Below are positions 1 to 13,529 of a stretch of 64,000 bases of DNA, one piece after another. The DNA comes from Cycas panzhihuaensis. Taxonomy: Eukaryota; Plantae; Cycadophyta. The notes below the pieces were generated by a model, which was not told the origin of the DNA, did no database searches, and saw only the letters and a program-made list of their open reading frames with translations. Position numbers and translations under genes: made by a program. How positions within the stretch are numbered: the stretch's first letter is position 1; each line of letters starts with the position of its first letter. Where the stretch lies: NCBI GenBank assembly GCA_023213395.1, contig CM041465.1, positions 103,795,741 through 103,859,740 of the forward strand, read 5' to 3'.

Positions 1-542
1 TTCTCTGACGTTTCTAGAAAGTAATAATGGTCAGTGGGAATTGCATGCTTCCTACATCAAGGCTTAGAGTGATTCTGACAGGTTTCTCTAGACTGGTAAT
101 GTGCAGTGAGAAGTATGATGGGTCACACATTATGTATTCTATCATCTTTTATTGTCTTGACTTTACGATGATTGCATTTAATTTGACCATGTCTGGGCTA
201 TTCTATGATTTGGTTATGCATGGCTAGAGTGCAAATGTTTCCAAGATGAATTGGCATCTCCCCTTATTTTGTGGTTAATATTCTCAGATTTGGTAGTCTA
301 TCCTCCTACCGTGGAGTTCACGTTGTTTTAAAACATTTAATCTATAGTTTTCTTGGTGAAGCTTGTGATTTGTTTCATTTTGGTCCCCATCGTAAGAGTT
401 TTCCTACCTAGTTTCAATAAATATTGTGTCATTTTTTTGTTATGCTCTTGTATTTATTGGATTAAATGGCAGATATCGAACTTCTATGCGTGAAATGCTT
501 GGTGGGGCATATGATGTAAGCATGGGAAAGAAAGTAAGAATT

Positions 543-846
543 GCATATCCTTCTCCTGGCCAAAGAAGAGTTGTTGTCACTGCTTATTGAGGTAGTATGA
601 CCCTTTAGTTGCGTATGAAGGGAGCACTTATTGAGATAAGTATGATGGATTTTCCCATTTTAGTTAGATGGAGATAACCTGTTTTGTATCTGTCGCATAT
701 CCTTCTCCTGGCCAAAGAAGAGTTGCTGTCACTGCTTATTGAGGTAGTATGACCCTTTAGTTGCGTATGAAGGGAGCACTTATTGAGATAAGTATGATGG
801 ATTTTCCCATTTTAGTTAGATGGAGATAACCTGTTTTGTATCTGTC
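543..846. repeat. 152-bp direct tandem duplication private to the first array unit
   Basis: GCATATCCTTCTCCTGGCC...TTTGTATCTGTC starts at 543 and at 695; single copy in the other units. Confidence 0.92.
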
Positions 847-864
847 TTCGTCCATATAAAATTG

Positions 865-3720
865 TGTCGAAGATGAGAGAGAGATACAAGAATGACTGAT
901 GATTTATTATGAGACATCATTTGTATATATATACATTTACATATTGTAATTGACATGTGTATAAGTGACATGTGGCATACACTTGTTTAATGATACATAA
1001 AGAGGGGTTTTACATGACCCTTATGTACATATTTCTAGATGAAACATTACTCTAACACCCTCTCTTAATGTTTCATCTTTTCTAATCTATTTTACCTCTA
1101 AGAACTATGAACTTGTCTTTGTTGAAGGGCTTTGTTAAAATATTTGCAATTTGTTTATTTGTTGAACAGTAGGTGAAATCAATTTCTTTGTTTTGTACTT
1201 TTTCTGTTATAAAGTGATGATGCACTTCAATGTGCTTTGTTCGAGCATGAAGAATAGGATTTTTGGTGAACGAGATGGCACTTTGATTGTCACAGAATAG
1301 GATGGTTGACTCCTTTTGTTGTTGATCTAAATCTGATAGCAATAGTGTTTCGCAAGTCGCAATGACTGCTGACTTGTATTCTGTCTCTGTAGATGATAGT
1401 ATGAATGTGGCTTGTCTTTTGCTACTCCAAGAAGGAAACAATAGCGACTTGTTGACTCTTTTTCTTCTCTATCTCCAACCTAGTCTGAATCGCAGTATAC
1501 AATTAGTTTATTTGTTCTCAATTTTGGATATGTGAGTTTAGATCAGTTGTTCCCTTTAAGTATCTGAGAAATTTTTTTGTTGCTTTTCAATGTGTCACCT
1601 TTGTATCTTTTATATACTCTGAAACTAGACTTACTAAATATGAGATGTCGGGTCTAGTTGCGGTGCGATATATTAGGCTACCTATCATTTGTCTTTACAA
1701 TGTTCCATTGACTGCAGATTCACCTTCATGTGGAGTAAGATCACAACCTACTTCCATAGGAGTGATGCAAGTATTGCTTTCTTCCATCTGGGACAAGGAA
1801 ATTGAGTCTTCTTTTTGACCAACTTCTATTACCAAATAGTAGTTCAGTAGCCCTAGATCAGTCATTTCAAAGCCCCTTTTTAGTTGTGATCTTATATTTG
1901 CTATTGATTGAGTATCATTACCAGTGAAAATCATATCATCTACCTAAATGCTAATAATTGTGATTAGTCCCTGTTTCTTTTTGGTGTATAGATTGGAGTC
2001 AGAGTTCTACCTACAAAAACCATTCTGAATGAGGTATTTATCTAATTTTGCATATCAGGCTCTTGGGGCTTGTTTTAGCCCATACAATGCCTTTTTTAAT
2101 CTGCAAATTAGATTTTCTCTTCCGTGCTAGACAAATCCTTTGGGCTGTCTCATGTAGAGTTCCTCCTCAAGTTCACCATTTAGGAAGGCACTTTTTACGT
2201 CTAATTAGTAAATTTTGTAGTTGTTCTGAGTTGTCAAGGCTATTACAACTCTCACAGTGTTCAATTCGGCTATTGGTTAGAATCTTTTCTCGTAGTCTAT
2301 TCCAGTAGTCTGAGTGTATCCTTTGGCAACCAGCTGGGCTTATATTTGTTTATTTTTCCATCAGCATCTTCTTTTATTTTTAATATCCATTTGCAATTCA
2401 CCATCGGTTTACTTGGTGGTAAATTTACTAGTTTTCAAGTCTGATTTTTAGAGATTGATTCCATTTGTTCGTTCATTGCAACCTCCCATTCCTTGTGTTA
2501 TTTTGCCTCTTCAAATGTTTGTGGTTCTATTTTTATGAACAGAGCTTGATGTCTTTGACTCCTTGTTATGAGGGTATATATATCTCCTGTGCTTTCTTCA
2601 ATGGTTTTAAGATACCATCTTGGCATCCTTTTTCCTTTCTTTTTCTCTTCTTCTTTGCTGCCTGTATCTGTAGAAGGCAATCCTTCTTCTTCAACTGTAG
2701 AGATTTGACAAGATGCCCTATTTGAATCATCTGCTTCTACGTCTTTTGAGGTGATCCCGGAGATTTCTTCAGTAGGAGGTTCTATTTGTAGAATTCTCTC
2801 AGGCGCCTCTTCAACAATGGGTTTAACCAATGTGTCTTTTATGAGATCAACTTCATTGACAACAACATCCCCTTTCTTCAATGGTTTTATGATACCATCT
2901 TCTTTTTTTCCTTCTTTTTCTCTTCTTCTTTGGTGCCTGTATCTGTAGAAGGCAATTCTTCTTCTCCAACTGTAGAGATTTTATGAGATGCCCTCTCTGA
3001 ATCATCTGTTTCTACGTGTTTTGAGGTGATCCAAGAGATTTCTTCAGGGAGGTTATATATGTAAAATTCTCTTGGGTGCCTCTTCAACAGTGGGTTTAAC
3101 TAATGTGTCTTTTATGAGATCAATTTCATTGAAAACAACATCCCTATTTATATAGACCTTATTGGTTTTAGGGTCTATACATGTGTAGGTTTTTGAATTT
3201 TTACTGTAGCCTACCATTATACATTCTATGCTATTAGAATCTAGTTTTGATATCTTTTTATTTGGAATGTGAACAAAAACTTTGCATCCAAATACTTTTA
3301 GATTACTTACATCTGGCTTGGTTGCGGTCCAGGCTTCTTCTGGTGTGATTATTTATAAGATACCTTGCTGTGCTGACTGCTTCAGCCCAATAAGTTTTTG
3401 AGATCTGATACTAATTGGAGTTTAGATGGTTTGATACTCCATGATTTTCTTGTTCAGCTAATTAGGCATTCCAGCCTGGGGGTGTTCTTGAGGCAGGCCA
3501 ATTTTGAGAGGGCAGCACCAAAGCGCATCTTAGGTGAAAGAGTAGGGATAATGGGTGTTTTCTTCATTGCTAGTGTGCAGGGAGAAATGTGGCAAGTTCC
3601 ATAGATTGCTCTCTCACTTTTCATTGTTTGCAATATTGTTTGGTCATCGATGTGCTTGTATCATTTCTTTTTTCTTGTTGGACATGCAGAATTTGATTTC
3701 TGTAGTTTGTTAATTTAAAT
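865..3720 (-). mobile_element. Decayed Ty1/Copia 3' half, unit 0: LTR 865-1057, PPT, RNase H, RT, integrase C-terminal remnant
   Basis: ORF 1082-1441 has LFCDNQSAI...NPILHARTKHIEVHHHF (Copia RNase H). ORF 1695-1934 has FEMTDLGLLNYYL (RT). The minus-strand purine tract AAGAGAGGG abuts TGTTAG at 1057. A ~280-bp internal duplication lies at ~2594-3150. Many stops and frameshifts; right boundary approximate. Confidence 0.9.
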
Positions 3721-3839
3721 TAAGTTTTATGTCAAGCAGACCATTGATTTAAAGTATACTGGCATTGCATATGGCTGCCAGCCAGTGCGACTATTGAGTG
3801 CGCCTTTTTTCATTATGCCCAGTTTCCTTCCTTAAATAG

Positions 3840-4745
3840 ATTGGGTGGGCATGCATGGAAAGGTTTTGGCAAATTATGTTGTAACAGACAATCTGTTTCA
3901 ACAGTCACAGAGTGTATTGTGCAGGCAGAGTTTTATGTATGGCCAGTAGTTGAGGAGACTGTATTTAGATTGGTCACCTACCTACACAGGATGCGTTGTA
4001 CAGCCAAAATTGCCTGTGAAAGAAGTATCCATATTTGGCTTTTTGCTTCTTACAGAGACTAGCCTCGTATGATCGACACTATAGGCGATGATGCTCGTAT
4101 TCGAAGTTGCCTTTTTCCCTTGTAGTAATAGCATCCCTATGGATTGATTCCCCTTCTCCCCCGAGAAAAGGAAAAGAAATGGGGTGTTCTCTCTAGATGA
4201 TTTTCCTCATTGCCTGACTAAGGAGGAGGAGGTTACGTATAGGTTACATGGATTTGCCCTCCCAAAGATCTTAGCCCCAATCAGGGCTTTATGTTAAGCA
4301 CTTCTCGCATATTTCTAATAGTGTCTTTGCCTTTCTGAGATATCTCTGCTTTCATGGATCAGCTATTTCCTTTAGCATAGCTTCAAGGTTGTTTGCACCA
4401 ACTTAGATTTGAGACCGACCATGTTATTCCTAGGAAGCAGTGTATCTGTGGACTTTGTCCTTTAGAGATTGAGGCTAAGGAGCTTTTCATTTTTAGGTGC
4501 CGTGTATATTACAAGATTAGAGAAGTATTGGTGCTCCTTCTGTGCAGCAAGAGGTTCATTGGCCACATTCTTATATTAGGATTATATTTGTTTGGTCCTA
4601 TTCATTAGAGAGTTGTTTCTCCATAGGTGATGCATTTTTAGGAAGGGAGATCGAAGATCTTTTGAGACTTTCTGCATTCCCTCTTTCTTTTGGTGGCTCC
4701 ATCCTTTGTCTGGTTAGAAGTGCCTTGTACATTACATGACTCGTA
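3840..4745 (+). mobile_element. LINE (non-LTR retrotransposon) ORF2 C-terminal fragment, unit 0
   Basis: HQLRFETDH...CICGLC...E.KE.FIFRC..YYKIR resembles the C-terminal CCHC knuckle region of LINE ORF2; degenerate. Confidence 0.7.
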
Positions 4746-5404
4746 AAAAGTTGACTATTCATGTCTGCTGCAGTGGTAGTCTGAAAGTATGTGGGTTCTC
4801 ACAAATCTGAATAATGCTTCCTTTTAATTATTGTGATCTTGTCTTTGTAAAGTTGCTGTTTTTTGCAACCCTGCTGCTTTGTAATAGAATTGCATGGAGT
4901 TGAATGGTGGTAAAGTATTTTCTGCACTCTCTGTTTTTAGCTTTTGAAATCACAGGTTTATGTGCATTCAGCCATCCAAATGCACATCGTTGAACGGACT
5001 GTAGAATGCATTGCTTTAAATTGTAATTGATTTATTTTGTTGCATCCTCTGAGTTTGCTGATGATTGTGGCACTGTGCTATGTTTCAACCAGAGAGGGAG
5101 GTGTAGATTCTGTTTGCTTCCTTGAGACTCTTCTTTTGCGTGGGGTGTGCATCATTGAATTCATTGGTTTTGGCTGTTTTGTGATCTCCACGCGCATGAC
5201 AAGTTTGTGAGCAATTCCTGGATGAATGGACTTCTCACCTAATTGTGACACTCGTTATCCTGCACCTTGAGTTTTTTTTTTGGTTTTTGGTAATGCATAA
5301 TCGATTAAGTGTGGAATGTTTATTATCAGATAAACATTTCATCTCTATGCTCCTTGTAAAGTGTCTGTTGCATATAGGCATCTAACCTGTATGCTCTGCT
5401 TCAG

Positions 5405-5485
5405 TTGAAGTTTCCTACCATCCAATCATGACGGAAGTCAAGGTGCTTGATATTTCAGGTTCTGCATGCCCAATTAATTGAGCAG
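5405..5485 (+). other. Candidate 81-nt stop-containing cassette exon (further copies at 10483-10563, 15092-15172, 19725-19805, 24096-24176, 29077-29157; donor-dead copy at 35053-35128)
   Basis: Branch-like CTAAC at 5382-5386, acceptor CTCTGCTTCAG| and donor CAG|GTCAGT. A second internal acceptor TTTCAG| gives a 27-nt form at 5459-5485. Signals only, with no transcript evidence. Confidence 0.3.
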
Positions 5486-6332
5486 GTCAGTTCTTGATGA
5501 TTTCTCTGACCTTTCTAGAAAGTAATAATGGTCAGTGGGAATTTCTTGCTTCCTACATCAAAGCCTAGAGTGATTCTGACAGGTTTCTCTGTACTGGCAG
5601 TGTGCAGTGAGAAGTATGATGGGTCACACATCATGTATTCTGTCATCTTTTATTGTCTTGATATTACGATGATTGCATGGATCTGCAATTATGCTGTTTA
5701 CCTTTCCATCACATTCTCAATGATTTTTAGAGTTAGATCTCCTCGCATTAGAAACTTGGAATCATGTTACTTTTATCATCCAATTGCATATGGTGATAGC
5801 AACTATTGGTGGGGTAGAAGTCCATCTTTTGTGAGTCCAACTATTTATGGAATAGAAGCCCATCATTTGTGACTATTACTTCTGCATTTTCTGACTTGTT
5901 CGTTGCTTTTCTGTATTATTTGGAAGTACAGGGTGAGGTGTAGACTCCCTGTATTCCTTACCAAGACTTGGATTGTGTGTTTGTGTTTTAAGTAAGTGTG
6001 GCATTTAATTTGACCAGGTTAGGGCTATTCTATGATGTGGTTATGCATGGCTAGAGTGCAAATGTTTCCAATATGAATTGGCATCTCCCCTTTTTTTGTG
6101 GTTAGGATGTGGAGTTTCTCGGATTTGGTAGTCTATCCTCTTACCGTGGAGTTCACATTGTTTTAAAACATTCCGTCTGTAGGTTGCTTGGTGAAGCTTT
6201 TGATCTGTTTCATTTTGGTCCTCATCATAAGAGTTTTCCTACCTAGTTTCAATAAATATTGCATCATTATTTTGTTATGCTCTTGTATTTATTGGACTAA
6301 ATGGGAGATATCGAACTTCTATGTGTGAAATG

Positions 6333-7083
6333 TGTTAAACCTCATGGTTTACCTTATGTTTATAATGTTAAGCTAATGTATTTTCTATTCTTGTATTATG
6401 TGTGCACTTTTGCACTTTTGTACTTTAGGTGTAACTTTATCACTTAAGTGATAAAGTACACACCCACTTTATGTCTAGTGACATAACGTTGTAACTTAAG
6501 GGTCAAATGACCCCCTTGCACTTTTGCTCACATGAGCTCCCAATGGACACTTGTCCTACATGCAAGCATGCATTGCATGATTGACACTTGTCCAACCCCC
6601 CATTTCTGGTATCTTGATCTTGCTCCTATTTCTCTTTGTGTTCTTTATGTTTTATGCTTCATGCATTTGTAGTATTGTGCTTTTACTTATTATCTTGGGA
6701 CTAATGTGGCCTAATGCCCATTTTCACATTTGGTATCAGAGCTGAAAGGTCTCTGAACTTAGTTTGTTTAAGCACTGTTAGTTTATTATCTTTGTCATTT
6801 GTTCTTGAAATCTGTGCACTGGACTATCCTCTGTCCCTGCACCTGAAGAAGCCCATTTCTGTGCATTTCTGGACCTGCATGCAAGGTCTGTTCAACTATT
6901 TCTGAAGAGGATTCGAGCCAAGCCCGATCGACCAGCTCAGCCCGATCAAACCTTTGTCATGTACGCTCTCGCCAACTCGGAGACGGTCATCTCACTTACC
7001 CGGTCGGCGATGATCGAGTCTACATCGTCAAGTCAAGACCTTCCCGATTAGCAGTGCCAACTCAGCAGGCTGTCCAATCATCA
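6333..7083 (+). mobile_element. LTR-retrotransposon-derived insertion: 396-bp LTR (6333-6728), tRNA-iMet PBS (6731-6742) and ~340 bp of leader, with 5-bp TSD AAATG
   Basis: Absent from all sister units, whose empty site reads GTGAAATGCTTGG. AAATG occurs at 6328-6332 and 7084-7088. TG...CA termini; TGGTATCAGAGC follows TTTTCACA-TT. Confidence 0.88.
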
Positions 7084-7303
7084 AAATGCTTGGTCGGGTA
7101 GATGATGTAAGCATGGGAAAGAAAGCAAGAATTGCATATCCTTCTCCTGGGCAAAGAAGAGTTGTAGTTGCTGCTTATTGAGGTAGTATGACCCTTTAGT
7201 TGCACCTGAAGGGAGCAGTTATCATGATAAGTATGATGCATTTTTCCGTTTTAGTTAGGTGGAGATAACCTATTTTATATGTTCCTTAGTCCATATAAAA
7301 TTG

Positions 7304-9005
7304 TGTTGAAGATCAGAGAGAGATACAAGAATTACCGATGATTTATTATGAGAGATCATTTGCATATATATACATTTACATATTGTAATTGACATGTGTC
7401 TGAGTGACACGTGGCAGACACTTGTTTAATGATACATAAAGAGGGGATTTACATGACGCTTATGTACATATTTCTAGATGAAACATTATACTCTTAACAC
7501 CCTCTCCTAATGTTTCATCCTTTTAATTCTATTTTATCTCCAAGAACTATAAACTTGTCTTTGCTGAAGAGTTTTTTAAAAATATCTGCAATTTGTTCAT
7601 TTGTTGAACAGTAGGTTAAATCAATTTCTTTGTTTTGCACTTTTTCTCTTATGAAGTGATGATGCACTTCAATGTGGTTTGTTCGAGCATGAAGAATAGG
7701 ATTTTTGGTCAACTAAATGGCACTTTGATTGTCACAGAATAGGATGGTTGACTCCTATTGTTGATCTAAATCTGATAGCAATTGTTTGAGCCACACCGCT
7801 TTGCAAGCTACACTAACTACTGACTTGTATTTTGTTTCTGTAGATGATAGTGTGAATGCGGCTTGTTTTTCGCTACGCCAAGAAAGAAACAATAGCTACT
7901 TGTTGACTCCCTTTTTTCTTTGTCTCCAGCCTAGTATGAATCGCAATATACAATTAGTTTATTTGTTTTCAGTTTTGGATATGTAAGTTTTAGATCAGCT
8001 GTTCCCTTTTAAGTATTTGAGAATTCTTTTTTCTACTTTTTAGTGTCTCACCTTTGGATCTCGCATATACCTTGAAACTAGACATATTAAATATGAGATG
8101 TCAAGTCTAGTTGCGGTGAGATATATTAGGCTACCTATCAGTTGCTTGTACAATGTTCCATTGACTGCAGATTCACCTTCATCTAGAGCAAGATTATAGC
8201 CTACTTCCATAGGAGTGCTGCAAGTGACGCTTTCCTCCATCTTGAATTTTGATAGCAGAGTTTTAATGTATTTACTCTGGGACAAGGAAATTGAGTCTTC
8301 CTTTTCACCAACTTCTATTTTCAAATAGTAATTCAGTAGCCCTAGATCAGTTATTTCAAAGCCCCTTTTTAGTTGTGATCTTATATTTGCTATTGACTCG
8401 GTATCGTTATCAGTGAGAATCATATCATCTATATAAATGGTGATAATTGTGATTAGTCCCTGTTTCTTTTTGGTGTACAAATTGGAGTCAGAGTTCAACC
8501 CGCAAAAACCATATTGAATGAGGTATTTATCTAATTTGCATATCAGGTTCTCGGGGTTTGTTTTAGTCCATACAATTCCTTTTTTAATCTGCAAACCGGA
8601 TTTTCTTTTCCGTGTTGGACAAATCCTTCGGGCCGTCTCATGTAGACTTCCTCCTCAAGTTCACCATTTAGGAAGGCACAATAAATTTTTGAGATCCGAT
8701 ATTAATTGGAGCTTGGATGGTTTGATACTCCATGGTTTTCATGTTCAGCTAACTAGGCATTCCAGCCTGGGGGTGTTTTGAGGCAGGCTAATTTTGAGAG
8801 GGTAGCACCAAAGAACATCATAGGTGAAAGAGTAGCATGTCCATGGGATTTTTTTTCATTGCTAGAGTGCAGGAATAAAAGAGTACCATGACAATGGGTT
8901 TTTTCTTCATTGTTAGTGTGCAGGGATAAATGTGGCAAGTTCCATAGATTGTTATCTCACTTTTCATTGTTTGCGATTTTGTTTGGTCATCAATGTGTTG
9001 GTATC
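7304..9005 (-). mobile_element. Decayed Copia 3' fragment, unit 1 (LTR 7304-7499)
   Basis: ORF 7515-7712 (RNase H) and ORF 8040-8594 (RT, IYIDDMIL); TGTTG...TAACA LTR plus PPT. Confidence 0.9.
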
Positions 9006-9830
9006 AGTCACAAAGTGTATTGTGCGGGCAGAATTTTATGTATGGCCAGTAGTCGTGGAGACTGTATTTAGATTGGTCACCTAGCTACACAGGATGCATT
9101 GTATAGCCAAAATTGCATGTGAAAGAAGTATCCATACTTGGCTCTTTGCTTCCTTCAGAGTTTAGCCTCATATGATCAACACCGTAGGCACTGATGCTCA
9201 TAGTTGCCTTATTACCTTGTAGTAATATCATATCTGTGGATTGATCCCCCTTTTCCCCCCAGAAAAGGAAAAGAAATGGTGGGCTCGCTCTAGATGATTT
9301 TCCTCTTTGCCTGACCAAGGAGGAGGAGGAGGTTACATTTAGGCTACATGGATTGCCCCTCCCAAAGCTCTTAGCCCAAATCAGGCGTTTTATGTTAAGC
9401 ACTTCTCACATATTTCTGATAGTGTTGTTCCCTTTTTGAGATATCTTTCATGACACTGCTTTCATGGATTAGATATTTCCTTTAGCATAGTTTCAAGTTT
9501 GTTTGCACCGACTTAGGTCTGAGACCGACCATCATACCCCTAGGAAGCAATGTATCTGTGGACTTTGTCCTTTAGAGATTGAGGTGTATATTACAAGATT
9601 AGGGAAGTATTGGTGCTCCTTCTGTGCAGGAAGTGGTTCATTGGCCACCTTCTTCTTATATAAGGATTATATTTGTTTGGTCCTATACATTAGGGAGTTG
9701 TTTCTGCATAGGTGACACTTTCTGAGGAAGGGAGATCGAAGATCTTTTGAGACTTTCTGGATCCCCTCTTTCTTATGGTGCCTCCATCCTTTGTCTGGTT
9801 AGAAGTGGCTTGTGCATTAGATGACTCGTA
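9006..9830 (+). mobile_element. LINE 3' fragment, unit 1
   Basis: Paralog of 3840-4745; ORF 9503-9715. Confidence 0.65.
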
Positions 9831-11644
9831 AAAAGTTGACTATTCATGTTTGCTGCAGTGCTAATCTGAAAGTATGAGGGTTCTCAAAAGTCTGAATAAT
9901 GCTTCTTTTTAATTATAGTGATCTTCTCTTTGTAATGTGCCTGTTTTTATCCAACCCTGCTGCTTTGTCATAGAATTGCATGGTGGTAAAGTATTTTCTG
10001 TACTGTCTATTTTTAGCTTTTGAAATCACAGGTTTATGTGCATTCAACCATCCAAATGCACATCGTTGAACGGACTGTAGAATGCATTTCTTTAAATTAT
10101 AATTGATTTATTTTCTTGCATCCTGTGAGTTTGCTGATCATTGTGGCACTGTGCTATGTTTCAACCAGAGAGGGAGGTGTAGATTCTGTTTGCTTCCTTG
10201 AGACTCTTCTTTTGTGTGGGGTGTGCATCATTGAATTCATTGGGTTTGGCTGTTTTATGATCTCCACCTGCATGACAAGTTTGTGAGCAATTCCTGGATG
10301 AATGAACTTCTCACCTAATTGTGACACTCGTTGTCCTGCACCTTTGGAGTTTTTTTTTTGGTTTTTGGTACTGTGTAATAGATTAAGTGTGGAATGTTTA
10401 TTATCAGATAAACATTTCATCTCTATGCTCTTTGCAAAGTGTCGGTTGCATATAGGGATCTAACCTGTATGCTCTGCTTCAGTTGAAGTTTCCTACCATC
10501 CAATCATGACGGAAGTTAAGGTGCTTGATATTTCAGGTTCTGCATGCCCAATTAATTGAGCAGGTCAGTTCTTGATGATTTCTCTGACCTTTCTAGAAAG
10601 TAATAATGGTCAGTGGGAATTTCTTGCTTCCTACATCAAAGCCTAGAGTGATTCTGACAGGTTTCTCTGTACTGGCAGTGTGCAGTGAGAAGTATGATGG
10701 GTCACACATCATGTATTCTGTCATCTTTTATTGTCTTGATATTACAATGATTGCATGGATCTGCAATTATGCTGTTTACCTTTCCATCACATTCTCAATG
10801 ATTTTTAGAGTTAGATCTCCTCGAATTAGAAGCTTGGAATCGTTTTACTGTTATCATCCAATTGCATATGGTGATAGCAACTATTGGTGGGGCAGAAGCC
10901 CATCTGTTGTGAGTCCTGCTAGTCCAACTATTTATGGGATAGAAGCCCATCATTTGTGACTATTACTTCTGCATTTTCTGACTTGTTCATTGCTTTGCTG
11001 TATTATTTTCTTTTTTGTATTAATTGGAAAGTACAGGGTGAGGTGTAGACTCCCTGTATTCCTTATCAACACTTGGATTGTGTGTTTGTGTGTTAAGTGT
11101 GTCATTTAATTTGACCAGGTTTGGGCTATTCTATGATGTGGTTATGCATGGTTAGAGTGCAAATGCTTCCAAGATGAATTGGCCTCTCCCCTTATTTTGT
11201 GGTTAATATGTGGAGTTTCTCAGATTTGGTAGGCTATTCTCCTACCGTGGATTTCACATTGTTTTAAAACATTTCATTTGTAGGTTGCTTTGTGAAGCTT
11301 TTGATCTGTTTCATTTTGGTCCTCATCATAAGAGTTTTCCTACCTAGTTTCAATAAATATTGCATCATTATTTTGTTATGCTCTTGTATTTATTGGACTA
11401 AATGTGAGATATCGAACTTCTATGTGTGAAATGCTTGGTCGGGCAGATGATGCAAGAATGGGAAAGAAAGTAAGAATTGCATATCCTTCTCCTGTCCAAA
11501 GAAGAGTTGTAGTCACTGCTTATTGAGGTAGTATGACTCTTTAGTTGCACCTGAAGGGAGCACTTATTATGAGAAGTATGATGCATTTTTCCGTTTTAGT
11601 TAGGTGGAGCCTATTTTATATGTGCCTTAGTCCATATAAAATTG

Positions 11645-13420
11645 TGTTGAAGATCAGAGAGAGATACAAGAATGACCGATGATTTATTATGAGAGATCAT
11701 TTGAATATATATACATTTACATATTGTAATCGACATGTGTCTGAGTGACACATGGTAGACACTTGTTTAATGATACATAAAGAGGGGTTTTACATGACCC
11801 TTATGTACATATTTCTAGATGAAACATTATACTCTTAACACCCTCTCTTAATTTTTCATCCTTTTAATTCTATTTTATCTCTAAGAACTATAAACTTGTC
11901 TTTGCTGAAGAGCTTTTTTTAAAATATCTACAATTTGTTCATTTGTTGAACAGTAGGTTAAATCAATTTCTTTGTTTTGCACTTTTCCTCTTATGAAGTG
12001 ATGATGCACTTCAATGTGCTTTGTTCGAGCATGAAGAATAGGATTTTTGGTCAACTAGATGGCACTTTGATTGTCACAGAATAGGATGGTTGACTACTTC
12101 TATTGTTGATCTAAATCTAATAGCAATTGTTTGAGCACACAGCTTCGCACACTGCACTAACTACTGACTTGTATTTTGTTTCTGTAGATGCTAGTGTGAA
12201 TGTGGCTTGTTTTTTGCTATTTCAAGAAAGAAACACTAGCCACTTGTTGACTCCCTTTTTTGTTTGTCTCCAGCCTAGTCTGAATCGCAATATACAATTA
12301 ATTTATTTGTTTTCAGTTTTGGATACGTGAGCTTTAGATCAACTGCTCCCTTTTAAGTATCTGAGAATTCTTTTTGCTACTTTTTAGTGTCTCACCTTTG
12401 TATCCCGCATATACCTTGAAACTAGACATACTAAATATGAGATGTCAAGTCTAGTTGCGGGATATATTAGGCTACCTATCAGTTGCCTGTACAATGTCCC
12501 ATTGACTGCAAATTCACCTTCATCTGGAGCAAGATTATAGCCTACTTCCATAGGAGTGTTGCAAGTGATGCTTTCTTCCATCCTAAATTTTGAAAGCAGA
12601 TTTTTAGTGTATTTATTCTGGGACAAGGAAATTGAGTCTCCCTTTTGACCAACTTCTATTTTCAAATAGTAATTTAGTAGCCCTAGATCAGTTATTTCAA
12701 AGCCCTTTTTTAGTTGTGATCTTATATTTGCTATTAACTCGGTATCATTATCAGTGAGAATCATATCATCTATATAAACGGTGATAATTGTGATTAGTTC
12801 CGGTTTCTTTTTGGTGTACAGACTGGAGTCAGAGCTTAACCCGCAAAAACCATATTGAATGAGGTATTTATCTAATTTTGCATATCAGGTTCTCGGGGTT
12901 TGTTTTAGTCCATACAATTTCTTTTTTAATCTGCAAACCGGATTTTTTTTTCCGTGTTGGACAAATCCTTCGAGCTGTCTGATATAGACTTCCTCTTCAA
13001 GTTCACCATTTAGGAAGGCACAATAAATTTTTGAGATCCGATAGTAATTGGAGTTTGGATGGTTTGATACTCTATGGTTTTCATGTTAGCTAATTAGGCA
13101 TTCCGGCCTGGGGGTGTTGTGAGGCAGGCTAATTTTGAGAGGGTAGCACCAAAGAACATCACAGGTGAAAGAGTAGCATGTCCATGGGAAGTTTTTTCAT
13201 TGCTAGAGTGCAGGAAAAGAAGAGTACCATGACAATGAGTTTTCTCTTCATTGCTAGTGTGCAGGGACAAATGGGGCAAGTTCCATAGATTGTTATCTCA
13301 CTTTTCATTGTTTGCAATATTGTTTGGTCATCAATGTGTTGGTATCATTTCCTTTTTTTTTTTTTTTTTTTGGATATTTAGAATTTGATTGTTGTCCTTT
13401 GTTAATTTAAATTAAGGTTT
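11645..13420 (-). mobile_element. Decayed Copia 3' fragment, unit 2 (LTR 11645-11840)
   Basis: ORF 12384-12764 is an RT remnant; same LTR and PPT as the other units. Confidence 0.9.
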
Positions 13421-13529
13421 ATGTCAAGCAGACCATTGATGTAAAGCATACTGGCATTGCATATGGCTGCCAGCCAGTGCGACTATTGAGTGAGCTTTTT
13501 CTCATTATGCCCAATTTCCTTCCTTAAAT

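Noticed and set aside
5495-5509. Box C (TGATGA) and box D (CTGA) motifs suggesting a snoRNA or K-turn
   Set aside because: The boxes are only 5 nt apart, with no guide region and no canonical terminal stem.
5528-5872. 114/117-aa ORF (MVSGNFLLP...) intact in five units, with one frame-preserving 9-nt indel
   Set aside because: It has no recognisable domain, an intron-like composition and internal DNA repeats, and it is broken in units 0, 6 and 7. Recent duplication explains its persistence. dN/dS well below 1 or ribosome footprints would reopen it.
7200-7220. TTGCACCTGAAGGGAGCA resembles miR319/miR159
   Set aside because: Partial match only, no complementary star arm nearby, and variable among units.
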